NCBI GenBank assembly: GCA_964106645.2
Contig: OZ067044.1
DNA from: Podarcis pityusensis
Taxonomy: Eukaryota
Length of the DNA stretch: 64,000 bases
Strand: one strand, 5' to 3'
The position numbers were made by a program, and so were the translations under genes. The notes below the pieces were generated by a model that saw only the letters and a program-made list of their open reading frames with translations, was not told the origin of the DNA and did not search any database. Positions 39,001 through 50,865 of this stretch are shown here, piece after piece; position 1 is the stretch's first letter; the number at the start of each line of letters is the position of its first letter.

Positions 39001-42000
39001 TGTGTGGTACACAGTTTTATGCCACTTACAGGTTACAAACAGTAAAATGGGAAATGTTGGATTTTACAGGAAAATAATATTCATAAATCTCCAGCAGTGA
39101 ATTACAGTATAATTCAGAACTACCTTTCCTCTGCTGCTGCGGTGAATTCGGTGTGGTTGCCAGTGCAGAAATAAGCACATATAGACTGCAATGGATATTG
39201 CTCCTATTGCATTTGGCAAGCCTTTGTGGCCAATTTATAGACAGACTCTCCAAACAGTTTCTTAAGCAGCACCAACAGTACAATCTCCAAAACAATTTAT
39301 CCCCTTGTCCCCTGCCGCAAGTAAGCTGCATTGCGCTCAAACCAAATGGCCTTATCATTTCCTTAAGGGTGTTAAGGATTATACTTGGTTTATTTTTCCA
39401 TGTCAGCATGCGTCTTGAGCAATTGGGTACATGTACACGTCAATTCACACAGCACATGGGGCCACAGGGGAGCTAAGGTGTATTGCATAGGATCATTTGA
39501 ATGACGACATTCCAGTTAATAAAGGGCTGTGGGTTTGCAGCTGCGCCACAGTAAAAGTGGGTAGCCAGTCAATATGGCTATCAAGCATTACCTTCCCATG
39601 GCAAAATCTGCCCCCAGAGCAACTGGAGAAAAGGGGTAGCCAATTTTGTGCCATGGCTGTTCTGTAGAGAGTGATCAGATCATGAGTGTGGCAATTCCGA
39701 TTAGGCAAAAGGGCTCAGAATTCCCAAAAGCTCAAATAAATCCCTTGCCTGCTCTGATGGTGCATGAATGTGTAAGTACTTATGGAACAAATGTATACCT
39801 TTAGGCTGCAATCCTATGGTCCCCGGGAGCGCATCCCAGGGGGCTATAAAGTTAGTGCAGACCTCCCACTCTATGTGAAGAGGAAAAGATCCTAGAGTGG
39901 AGGAGAAGTTTCACTCACTGCAGAGGTGAAAACCTCTAAAAATCTTGCTGCTCTGTTTTGAATACTGTAATGGTGATAAGAGCTGACTGCAGTCATTCCA
40001 TGGATGTATCTGGGAGGCTTGTGGATTCTGTGATCCAAAGTTCACTCCTTCCTTGGATACACATCCAGAACAAGCATAGAAGGTGGGAGGATATTAGCCC
40101 TGAAGCTGGTGTATTTAAAATTTGAAAGGGGGAAATAACCCCCCCCCCAAAAAAAAAACACACTCAACATTTGAGCAAAGGAGAAGGAGGAAAGGCTCAG
40201 ATGTAGCCCCCTCACCTTCAGAAATGGCAATAGATCTGCCACTAATTATCCTTCCCTCCCTCACCCACTGAGGAGTGCTTTGCCCTTTTATATAAAACTT
40301 CTAACCCGTAAACTACCCCTCAAGGCAGCCTGAACGCATCTACAACTTTAAATCTGGCTACTAGATCAATTTGCTAAAATATTAAGTCCTAGAAATGAAT
40401 AAAAAAGAATAAAGAGCTTGTTCCATGGCCCATTATAGCGAGCGACTATTTTCTCAACAGTCACGTATGGAAGCGTTTTTGAACTGGAAGATTGTGTGCT
40501 GGACAGCTTCGTGCTAGTGCTAGAGAGCTATCATTTGGAGTAGAAAATGATTACACAGATTTGTGTCATCTTTATTTTAAATGTCTACAGGACCACATGG
40601 TGAAATATTAGGAGAAACATCTTGACAAAATGAAAGCAGAATATTTATTGTCATGAAAATACAGAGAGATATATGTTGAAAGAGATATATTTACTGCCAG
40701 GAGATTTGCCCGATTATGCATTCATGATTCCCCTTCTGCTGTCCCCTCCCCAGCTCTATTCTCTAGGAGTCCATGTCCAGGTGAAACGGGCATGCTGAGA
40801 ACATCAATACAAAACAGCTTTATCCATCTAAATTCTCTCCCTGGGAGCTCTGGCACGCTGGGCATGGGAGATGAGAAATGAAAGAGGTTTGCAGCACGGA
40901 GTCAGGCAGTTCTCAACACGATGAAAGTATCTCAAACAGCACAGGTGCAATGGGATTCAAAAGGGCTTGTCCAGATAAAGCAGAAACTGCTCTTTCTCCT
41001 TGGGTAACTGTCCAAACACTAATACAGTGCTTTGTCATTTGCATCTTGTGGGCCTGTGATGTGATGTGGCCAGTTTCCAGGTACCCATCAACCACTTCAA
41101 AACCACTGCCAAAATCAGACACAGGCCTAGTGTGATGATGCTTAGGCACCTACAGGACACATTATTTTTTGTTTAGGGAAGACTGCTTTTATATCTGACG
41201 AAATTGTTTCATTGTTTTTGGTGGGTGTTTTTTTTAGGGATGATTTCATTGTTTTTAGAGTTTTCTGTGCTTGCATTTGTGCATTTTATTGTTTTTATAT
41301 TGTACACTGCTTCAATGGCTTTATGCTGTGAAGCAGTCTATACATTGGGATAAAATATCATAGCATTTCAGAAAGCCTGGAAACAGGCAGGAAGTTCATT
41401 AGAGAGCAGAGATGATTTCCTTGAGTGAGAGAACTGGAAGATAGATAGCAAGCGGCATGGCAGAAATAAAAAGCCCTATGCCAAAGAACCAGTACCTTAG
41501 AAAGGGAAAAGGAGGAGGACTTTACAACTGGAACATTATTTGTATTAAGGGGGAAATAAAGGTAAGGAAGTTCAGGACAAACAAAGGAGAAGATAGATAA
41601 ATGAAGGGCTGACTTAAATACTTTGGTAAAGGAAGGTCCTTAGGTTAATGGAACAGAAAATATAAAAACAAAAATGAGAAACGAGAAAGAAAATGGAAAA
41701 TGGAATAAATATGAAAATGTAATAGGATTCTATTGTAATGCACAACAAACAGGAAAGTGATCCCCCCATTCCACTCATAGCTGATTGCTAAAAACCGACA
41801 ACCAATATGTTTTGTTTTGCATTGTTTCTGTCAAATGATTTATTCAGGAATGCAAGCTAATGACAATGGGCACTACATCAAACAAGTATCCAAAGCTCAT
41901 CCCAAACACACCTGGTGTCCTTTTTGAATTTTCATTTTGTTATTTTATCACTAGTCTTAGCCATCTCATATCCTGCTAGATTTAAAGTGTACTGGTACCT

Positions 42001-43413
42001 ATGTTCAAAGTCAGCACTTGGAAGATGCTCTTTGGAAGCAAGCGCAAATGTCATACTCAGTGACATTTTCAGCCACCTCGATTTGTTATGATTTTCCATT
42101 TTTATGGAAGCAAAACTCTTCTGGACTTGTAGTCATTTGTGAGCTGGGATATATTCACAGAATGGATATTGTAGGGCGTCACTTGCTTTTATCTCCCCAG
42201 GCTGTGTGCATTCTGGGTCTCACTGACGGTGCAACACAATGTTGTGGTGCATTTCAATATCCCTGCAGTATTAGCTACATTCAGCATCCATTTTTATGTG
42301 ACCTTTTGAATTCTTTGTTAGACACCCTTCACGTGGCAGTAACATTATTAATGTAGATATAATTTGAATGTAACCATACTGTTTAGACAAGCAAACAAAC
42401 ACTTGAAGATAGGTAGGACAGGGCAAGCAGAAAGGTCTCTATCATAACAGAAAGTGATAGCACCCGTTATTCTCCCTTATGATTTCCATTGGTTTTCTTG
42501 TGTAATTTTTAAAGGGGTCTAGCCAGTGTGGTTAAAAATAGAGTTTATTTAAAACCAAAATGCTATGCCAAACTTTACCTGCCTTTATGCCCTCTCCTGG
42601 TTTTTAATGTGTGTAGCCTAGCCATGGAATCTTTCCAAACAAATCAAACACATCTAAAGCCAAGCCACAGCACAGGTGGCTTTTATACATGGGGTGGCTT
42701 GCATTCCCGGACTAGGAGAATCCAGGAGAAGTTATCGGCAGATGGCACCCAGAGTAGATATTATAGCCCAGGAACCAACAAGATATGGACGGAGAAGCAT
42801 TTTTGTTAAGAATCCTATATGTTATAAAAGGGATGCCTGCTGCCATGCCTGAAAGTATGGCATTAATAATTAAGCCATACAATCATTTCTCCAGGATATT
42901 ATTTCTTAAAGATCTCTTGCAAAGGCAATATGATTACATATGAATTATTTCAATTTTCTACCAACAAAAAAAAATAAAAATCTTCAGAAGTAGGAATTGA
43001 ATTACGCTGTCCAATTTGCTGTAAAGTTCACACTACGTGAAGAAATTAATCAAGGCTACCACCGCCCATTTTTATGGGGACATAAAATGATGTGAACTTC
43101 CATTTTTAATAAAGATGCATAGCACTTTTATGAAGACTGACTAATAACACTGTAATGAACTGAAAAGCTTCTGCAAAACGAAGGAGGATTTTATTTTATT
43201 TTACTTTTGAGAGAGAGATTTACTGAATTTCTTGTTTTGAATCAAGGATGTGAAAAATCTATGTGCAAAATAGTCAGAGATCAATAGTCAGTGTTTGTAC
43301 ATGGCTTTTAACTTCACCTTCAATGATCTATGATTTTTGTGGATGTCTATGGGGGCATTTGGAAGATTCTGTTTCTTCCTTCCACCATTTCCTTCAATTT
43401 CAACCACTGAAAA

Positions 43414-43463
43414 GTGTGTGTGTGTGTCTGTGTGTGTGTCTGTGTGTGTGTGTGTGTGTGTGT
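43414..43463 (+). repeat. Interrupted (GT)n microsatellite
   Basis: Direct reading. Confidence 0.95.
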
Positions 43464-44049
43464 TAAACAAGGGCCATACCTCTAACAGAATTTTGCAGAT
43501 GTTACACAGCCTGCTTAAATGATCTCCTATATATGTCAAATGAATTCATTAGCATAAAGATTCACAATAGTTCTACACATTGCACTGGTCAGTTTAACAC
43601 TATCAGTGCACACCTCCCAGTTCAGGAGTGGGAGCAACAAAGGTAATGACAATGCACTATGCCTTACCTGGAATTCCCTGACCTATTTGTGTGAGGGACA
43701 AACTGCACTACTGTACAGCTCCTACCACACAGATTGTTTGTGAGAGAAGAGGATCTGCACAGCTCCTGTTTCCTGCATTCACTGGCTAAGCAGTCTCAGC
43801 TTTTAGGACATTTTTTGCCCATGACCTCTTCCCACAATTTTGAGAGATGTGCGATTAGCCTTTCAAATCCTCACATTTGCATTATCTCATTAGTACCTCA
43901 GCTGCACTAATCTCCTAATGTTATCTTCATCTCCAATTGATTCACTAAAGCAGCTCACTCTTGGTTCTTTTACCCACATCTCTCCCTGGTTATATTAGAC
44001 TGAGTAAGGCACCTTGACTAAGGTGGCAGATTTGGGAATATCATTTAGG

Positions 44050-44665
44050 TGTAACTGTCATGGTTTCAGACCAGGAATCCCTGGTTGCAGAGTCCTTCTG
44101 CAATTGTAGTCCATAGGGGGAGATGGACACACACACCCACACACCCACACACACACCCTGACCGGTCCTTCCTATGTGAATCCACTTGCACCAGAGCCTG
44201 CATATTGTCCCATGAATCCCATGAAGACTCTGCTGCCACCAGACTCGGATGACTGGGACAAACACTTCTAAAAGGATCAGGAAAGACCTGAGGGACTTTC
44301 TCCAAACAGTCTCCAAAAATCAAGATCCTGAAGCCTAGAAGCAGCCAACGGTTGGAGGAAATGAATCATCCCTTAAACGGGCCAGATGCAGCACTCATGG
44401 GGCAGGATGTACATCTTGACTCCTTAACCTAGAGTATAAAGCTCTACAGTTGCTGCAAGACACCTTTTTTCTGCCTTTGCTGAAGGACCGCTAACCATGG
44501 TTCTGAACCAGCACCATAGTCTTCTCTTCATTGCCTTGGCCTTTCCTTAGTTTCTCCCTGTATACCTGAGAAGGAGCATCTCCATCCCCATCGTTCAGCC
44601 TGGCCACCGAGATCCAGCTCTGAGGACCTTCTGTTGGTTCCCTCACTGTGAGAAGTGAAGTTACA
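44050..44665 (+). mobile_element. Possible old solo LTR
   Basis: TGTAACT...AGTTACA inverted ends 616 bp apart and internal GTATAAAG; no matching TSD and no AATAAA. Confidence 0.25.
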
Positions 44666-46085
44666 GGGAACCAGGCATTTCTTGTTTTCTGTTCCTGTAA
44701 ACAGAATATCTTGCTTGGTGTTCAATACAGTATCTTCTATATGGGTCTTATATGCCAAGGTTTTTCATGTTCCTTTATGTTGGAGTGATTTATTTTTTTT
44801 AAGGCATGTGTTGTAAACAGAAAATTCATGACTTGTATTAATGATTTATATCTTAAATGGCATGGTGAAATCTATCATTGACGTGATAAGCTGCACATTA
44901 TTCCCTATCTACATATAGCCTTGTAGCACTGCAATATCTGGCAGTGAATGTAAAAAATAAATTTTCCTTGGTTTTTAGGCATATCTCCCAAGTATGAGAC
45001 ATGCTTCACTTGTTTTTCAAATTTAGCTGCAAGTCATTTGAGGAATGCACTATGGTAAGTGTGTGTGAGAGAGAAAGAGGGTGAAGGGGGGAGAAAAAGA
45101 GATGCATATGTTTGTATGTATATATATTTACATATGGGGAAATGATGTATTGCCCAGGTGTGTGTGTGTTCTGTACAATTTGATTTTTACTGCACAAGTG
45201 CTGAATGTACTGTCTGGTGCAAAATTTTGCGTAGCTAGAAGCAATGTTTTCATTTTTTATTTGTTAAAAAAGGCACCTTTTGTGGTTGCAATTTAAAGTT
45301 TGAGAACAGATGGGAAAAATATGACAAAATCAGAGCAGTTAAAGATATTATTGGAGAAGATTTTCCAGGAGACAGAATAGCTATGCCTTGGTGCCTTGTA
45401 TCTTTGCTTTGCAATTTGTCCTTGGCTCTTCTTCTACAGCTTTCCTTTCCTAATCCCTAACCTTCCATTCTTCCAAGGGGAATAGTCTTCTTGTATCAGA
45501 TCAACTCAGTGTGAATGCAGTCTTTTCATTTGTTGACCACAAACCACATATTACTGGCAGCTCATTATATAAGAATTATCTACAAGATTCTAATCCATAT
45601 CCTCATTTTGATATTTATATTGTAATTAAAAACTTTTCGTGCACTGTATCTCTGTTGACCATGAACATTTATGCCTGGACTGAGTGCTTGCTTCTTAGTC
45701 TCACCTCCAACCAGCGCCTCCAACTAGCAGAGGAAGTTCAGGTCATTTCACCCCATTTATCATGAGTCCACCATGAATGGCATCCTGCACAAACAGGGAT
45801 AAGGACCATTAAGCAATAATAGTTTGTGGTGTAGGTAGCATGAGCACTAGATGTGGATCTGCAATCTAAGCCTAAAGCCAAAAACTGAAGGTTCTGAGCC
45901 AGCATCTCCAGAGACTTCGATCTACCAAGAGACCTATTTCTCCCTACCTCCAAGGAAAAACATTCCTCAAAGTCTATAGACTAATGCAGGTTATGAATAG
46001 CAGAGACCACTGAAGTACTAGGCTCCAGGCCAGAGGAGTCTTCCTGCAAGATATCCCCCTTCCACTTCTGAAATGGTGGTCCAAT

Positions 46086-46213
46086 GATGGGAAAACTGTG
46101 GCTCTCCAGATATTGTTGGCCTCTGTTTCCATCAGTCCTGCACCAGCATGGCCAATGATTGGGGATGCGGGGAGCTGTAGTCTAGCAACATCAATAGAAC
46201 CACATATTCTCTA
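46086..46213. mobile_element. Short palindromic hAT-like MITE (decayed)
   Basis: CTCCAGATATTGTTGG...CAGCATGGCCAATG...GGAGCTGTAGTC family motifs. Confidence 0.6.
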
Positions 46214-46511
46214 CCAAACACACACACCCAGACACAGGAAACCAAGCACTCTTCGGAACAATGCGTTTGTTCACTCTGACCTGTCCAGGGTACTGAAAGA
46301 CCTCTTTCTGACCATTCTTATCTTTGATCTGGGATTGGACTCTGCCTGCCAGTTAGTTTTCAGCTCTCCCTAACAGCTGCAGACTGCTGGCCTTAACTGA
46401 ATACTACCCCTAACAAAAGAGTGAAATGCTGTGAGAGCAAGGTGCTAGTTGTAACTGTTCAAAAGCCCTCTCTCCAAGTATTGTAATTTGAGAGTATTGG
46501 GTGAGAGTTTA

Positions 46512-47150
46512 GCTTGTTTACAAAGCTATTGTACTACCAAATTTACTGTACGTTTGTGAAACACAGACCACTTATAAACACCATCTCCAGCTCCTCAAAA
46601 TATTCCATCAAAGGTGTCTCCGAATTCTTTTTCGTATCACTTGGGAAGACAGGCGAACTAACGTCAGTATACTAGAAGAAGCAAAGATCACCGGTGTTGA
46701 AGCAATGACTCTTCAACATCAACTTCATTGGATTGGTCGGGTGTCTGATTATTGTCTTCCAAAGCAACTCCTCTGTTCCCAACTTAAGAATGGAAAGCAT
46801 AATTGCTGGACATAAAAAGACATAAAGACACTCTCAATGTGTATAAACACTGACAACTGGGAAACACTGGCCTGCGAGCGCTCCAGTTGGAGAATAAATA
46901 GCCTCTACTAAAGGCGTCATGGAATTTGAAGAAGCATGAACTCGGGACGAAAGGAAGAAATGAGCTAAGAGGAAGGCATGTTTGGCAAATCCTCACCATG
47001 ATCAACTCCCACCTGGAAACCTATGCCCCCTATGTGGAAGGATGTGCAGATCCAGAATTGGCCTCCACAGTCACCTATGGACATGCTGTTAAGACCATAT
47101 TCATGGAAGACAATCTTACTCGGCTACAAGTGATCACCAAAGAAGAAGAA
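46512..47150 (+). mobile_element. RTE-clade LINE 3' fragment (decayed ORF end and (GAA)n tail)
   Basis: Translates as VYKAIVLPNLLYVCET...FHQRCLR, LPKQLL, WETLACERSSWR and CPLCGRMCRSRIGLHSHL; ends AAGAAGAAGAA. Confidence 0.85.
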
Positions 47151-47245
47151 CTCAGAGTGGCCAATTGAAATTAATGAACACAACTAAGTTAGGTTCATTA
47201 ATTTCAATGGGTCTACTCTGAGTAAAACTGAGTTGTATACCACCC
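47149..47245. mobile_element. Palindromic MITE (possibly PIF/Harbinger-like), left arm truncated
   Basis: ACTCAGAGT...ATTGAAATTAATGAAC / GTTCATTAATTTCAAT...ACTCTGAGT hairpin; related copies at 33621-33735 and 29491-29611. Confidence 0.65.
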
Positions 47246-47374
47246 AAGTTCTCTGAATGTTAGAAAGAGTTTGGTGGCCTTTGTTCAGTTTGCCTTCTGT
47301 TTATCCGTCAATACTTAGACCACCCTTATACATTTGTCCAATGTCTCCAAATTCTATGCACCTATGTGAAACCA

Positions 47375-47444
47375 CCTGCATATTCCTGGGGTTGGACTAG
47401 ATGACCCCTGGGTTCCTTTCCAACTCTACAATTCTATGATTCTA
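47375..47444 (+). mobile_element. CR1-type 3' end
   Basis: GGGGTTGGACTAGATGACCC...CCAACTCTACAATTCTATGATTCTA. Confidence 0.8.
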
Positions 47445-48550
47445 AGCAAGCCAGCCAAACAGAGCCACTAGCACAAGGCTTTTCACCTGTGCAATGGAAC
47501 TGATCCATGTACACCATGCACCCTTCCCAGATCTGCTCAATAGGGCTGGGGGGGGGGGGACCCAGAGCAGTTACGGTGTCCATATATATATATATGACAT
47601 CTGGTTTTTGGTTCATACAAACACTCGAGGGAGAGGAGAAACTCCTCCTCTTTGCAACACAACCGGCAACAGCAATAGCAGCAGAAATGAGTATACAGGT
47701 GAAATGGTTCACTTTATGTGGGAACTATTTAGTATACAATTACCACAAAAACAAGACTAGTAGAATGTTAGCAAGGAAAAAAATGATTTCTGTTGCCACA
47801 TTAACAAGGCCTCGAAAAGCATCTACACTAGTCATTCCCTGAGGCAGAGGGCATCTGCAGCTCTGCACAATTTTGGCTAAATCTGCAGCACAGATTTTTA
47901 AATGTTTTCCATTTATTTTATTACAACTTTTTGCAAAGCCTTATGTTTGATGAGGAAACAGTGGGTATGTTATTGTTCACAGTTTTGCTTGTTTAAAAAG
48001 GAAACACTCACTTTTCCAAATAGCTTCCCCTTGCCCCCACCTCCTGATGCCATGTGGAAATAGTCAGTCCATTTAAAAACTTAGAGCATGCAATGAGCTA
48101 GAGAGAGGCAAGGCAGCAGGATGGAAGCAAAAGGGTCCCTTTCCCCATCCATATGGTTCAGGTTTGCATCTTGTCTGGCATGATAATGTGATAGTTGGCA
48201 GAATTCATGTTTAGAGTCTCAAGCAAATAACAGCCAATAAGTTGTAGGTTTAATATGCACGTGGAGATGTTCATAGTATTCCAGACTGGCTGATTCTACA
48301 GCTGCAGTCAATCCAAAGTTGCTGCATGAATCCTTGTACAATGGAATCCCTGATGGTGAAAGTAAACTGGAGGCCCTACCCTGATGTAAGTATCCCCCAT
48401 CTGCTGCACAGGTGTAGCCTAAGTAGTCAATCAGGATATGTAACATGCATTTGTAAGGAAAGTGGAAAATTAAACTGTATGCATTTCCTTCCTTCCCTCT
48501 TCCTATCCACATTATTTCACAAAGAAATCAGGGAAATTCATAAGCACTGT

Positions 48551-49312
48551 TGTCAGAGCTGCTTCCAGATCCTAGCTCACAGAGGATCACGCTAGCCAGC
48601 GATCATTAAATAAAAGTCTTTATTGAGTTACAGTTTCCATTCTCAAGCTGCTGCGTGCAACTCTACGTCTCATGGTTAGATCGGCGAAGCTCCATCTGAG
48701 TCTCCGCCCCTTGTACACCAACTTAATATCCTAGCCTTGCTCCACCTTTTCCGCCTGACTGTTCTTCTCTGGGTCCCTCTGCCCCCCGGGGTCTCTTCCT
48801 TCCGGGATTCCTCTGACGCTGACGCTGACCCCCCTGACTCTTCTCCCTCCTTTCGGCGGGCTTTAGGACCTGGCTCCCTTTCCGGGCTGCCTACTGCGCC
48901 ACCTTCCTGTGCATTTGAACTTGGCACGCGTGCCCAACCTTCCACCTTCCGTCTGACCGTTTCTTCGCTCCCCGATGGAGGTGTGGCCACTCCTGACTCG
49001 TGCCCTCCCCCCTGTTGTGAGCTGCCAGCGCTTGATCCCTGGCGCCCTTCCTCTTCCCTGCTCTCTGGCGGTGACGCTGGTCCTGATTTCCAACTGCTCC
49101 CCTCTGAGTCCCCTCTGGCTCTATCTTCCTGGGGTGTCCCCCTAGGCTCCCCCCTTGCCCTGGCCACTGGTGCTCCTTTCTGTGAATCTTCTGATTCACT
49201 GGAAAGACTCGGAGATCTCGGGTCGTCGTCATCACTCATCTTTTCTTCTGCCTCCTCTCCCTCGCTCTCTGTTTCCTCCCTTGCCCTTGCCTCTGCTCCT
49301 GAACCCCTGACA
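48551..49312 (-). repeat. 3' LTR
   Basis: Direct repeat of 54362-55123; preceded on the minus strand by a polypurine tract. Confidence 0.97.
48619..48624 (-). terminator. Polyadenylation signal AATAAA in the R region of the 3' LTR (copy at 54430-54435)
   Basis: TTTATT on + strand, about 50 nt after the pol stop and about 70 nt before the LTR end. Confidence 0.75.
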
Positions 49313-50865
49313 TCCATCCCCCCCTCGAAGCCCCCTCTTCCCCCCTCCCCTCCTTCCGGTGCGGGATCTGGGTGCTGCCGTGTCAGGGGGACGAATGTCG
49401 GATACAGTTCGCTTCCCGTGGCGGGCCGCCATCCAAAGTCTTCCGGTTCTTCCTCCCTGCTCTCGTTGACGACGGTCACCTCCGCTTCCATCTCTGTGCC
49501 GCCGTGCTCGAAACCCGGGTCGTCCCCGAAAACGTCCATGTCCGTCTCTCCCTCGTTGCCTTCTGGAGACGTTGCTCGTCCTGGACCCTCCAGCCACCTT
49601 CTGCGGAACTGCTCCTCTGGTCGATCATCCCACCAATACGAGGGTTCTGAAGCAGATCCCGAGGGTGACCCCTCTGGGGAACGGGCGTCTCGTGTCGGTT
49701 CCTCGTCCGAGTCGAACCCCCGGAACGTGCTGGCTGAAAGCGTGGGCGTGAAAAGCCAGTCGTCGAAAAAGTCTGCTGGCATTGGCCTATGTGGGAAGAG
49801 GGCATGAAACTCTTCTTTGAGCAGAGGTTCGTCTAAAGCGTAGCCCGGCACCCAGCTGTTGGCACTGGCCGGGGTGCCCTCCTTGGCGAGAAGGTATTCT
49901 ACCCCCTCTTCCCCCCATCTGGAGTCCAAAATCTCCGTGACTTCGTTGATGCGCTCCTCCTGTGCCACTCCCCCTTGCCCGGTTCTCTCTCGGAGCGGAC
50001 CCGGTGCCGTTCCTGGTTCCTGAAACCTGTGAGGTGCCTTGTAGGGAGTGAGCACCGATCTGTGGAACACCGGATGCATTCTGGAACCCTCCGGAAGAGC
50101 CAGCCTGAAAGCCACCGGGTTGACCTGTTCGTCGACTTGGTAGGGCCCCAGTTGTTTATGCCCTAGTTTCTTCTTCGCCAACGACCTGGCCGGCACTGCG
50201 TGGGCTGCTAACCAGACCCAGTCTCCCACATGGATCTCTTCGCCAACCCTTCTGTGTTTGTCCGCTTGTACCTTGTATGCGTGTTTAGCCAGCTCCAGGT
50301 GCCGCCGCAGCTGATCGTGGACCTCCTGCAACTCCGACGCGAACGCATCTGCTGTCTGCGGCTCCCCCTCCCCCATTCTTTCCAGTCCCGGGAAGGTTCT
50401 AGGGTGCCTCCCGTTGTTGGCGAAGAACGGCGTGACCCCCGTGGACACGTGCTTCGTGTTGTTGTAGGCGAACTCGGCGAGAGGCAGGTAATCCACCCAC
50501 GTCGCAGGCTGTTGATTCGCATAACATCTCAGGTACTGCTGCATGATGGCATTGACCCGCTCCGCTTGCCCGTTGGTCTGCGGGTGTCTAGCCGACGCCA
50601 GGTTGATCTTGACGTTCAGGAAGCCCATCAGCCTCTGCCAGAAGTTTGAGATGAACTGTCGCCCTCGGTCGGACAGAATAGACCGCGGCAGACCGTGAAC
50701 CTTGAACACGTGGTCTATGAACAGTTTGGCGGTTTGTTCCGCCGTGGCCACCTTCGCACACGGAATGAAATGTGCCATCTTGGAGAACAAATCCACCACC
50801 ACCAGCACAGCCGTCTTGCCCCTCGAGCTGGGCAGATCCGTGACAAAGTCCAGGGCCACTCTCTC
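48676..50865 (-). pseudogene. pol: Pol part 2: integrase DDE core, GPY/F motif, degenerate chromodomain and ~370-aa acidic tail; in frame with part 1 but cut off by one stop
   Basis: Minus strand reads CCA TGA GAG AGA GTG GCC CTG GAC (P*ERVALD) where Gypsy IN has PW; LDFV, SDRG, NGQAERVN catalytic residues; LGPYQV...HPVFH; ORF 48676..50859 is 727 aa. Confidence 0.93.
49313..49326 (-). other. Polypurine tract GAGGGGGGGATGGA
   Basis: Immediately precedes TGTCAG of the 3' LTR on the minus strand. Confidence 0.9.

Noticed and set aside
29-48500. Numerous 60-155 aa ORFs in the ORF track outside the LTR element
   Set aside because: Random-length ORFs, many with non-ATG starts, or lying within SINE/LINE remnants; no domain signatures apart from the TE fragments listed.
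48737-49807. 356-aa antisense ORF over the pol tail/LTR (and its 205-aa copy at 54548..55165)
   Set aside because: TTG start; S/P/L-rich mirror of a purine-rich sense strand, where A-poor composition suppresses stops; no domain recognisable. Not fully excluded, but unsupported.
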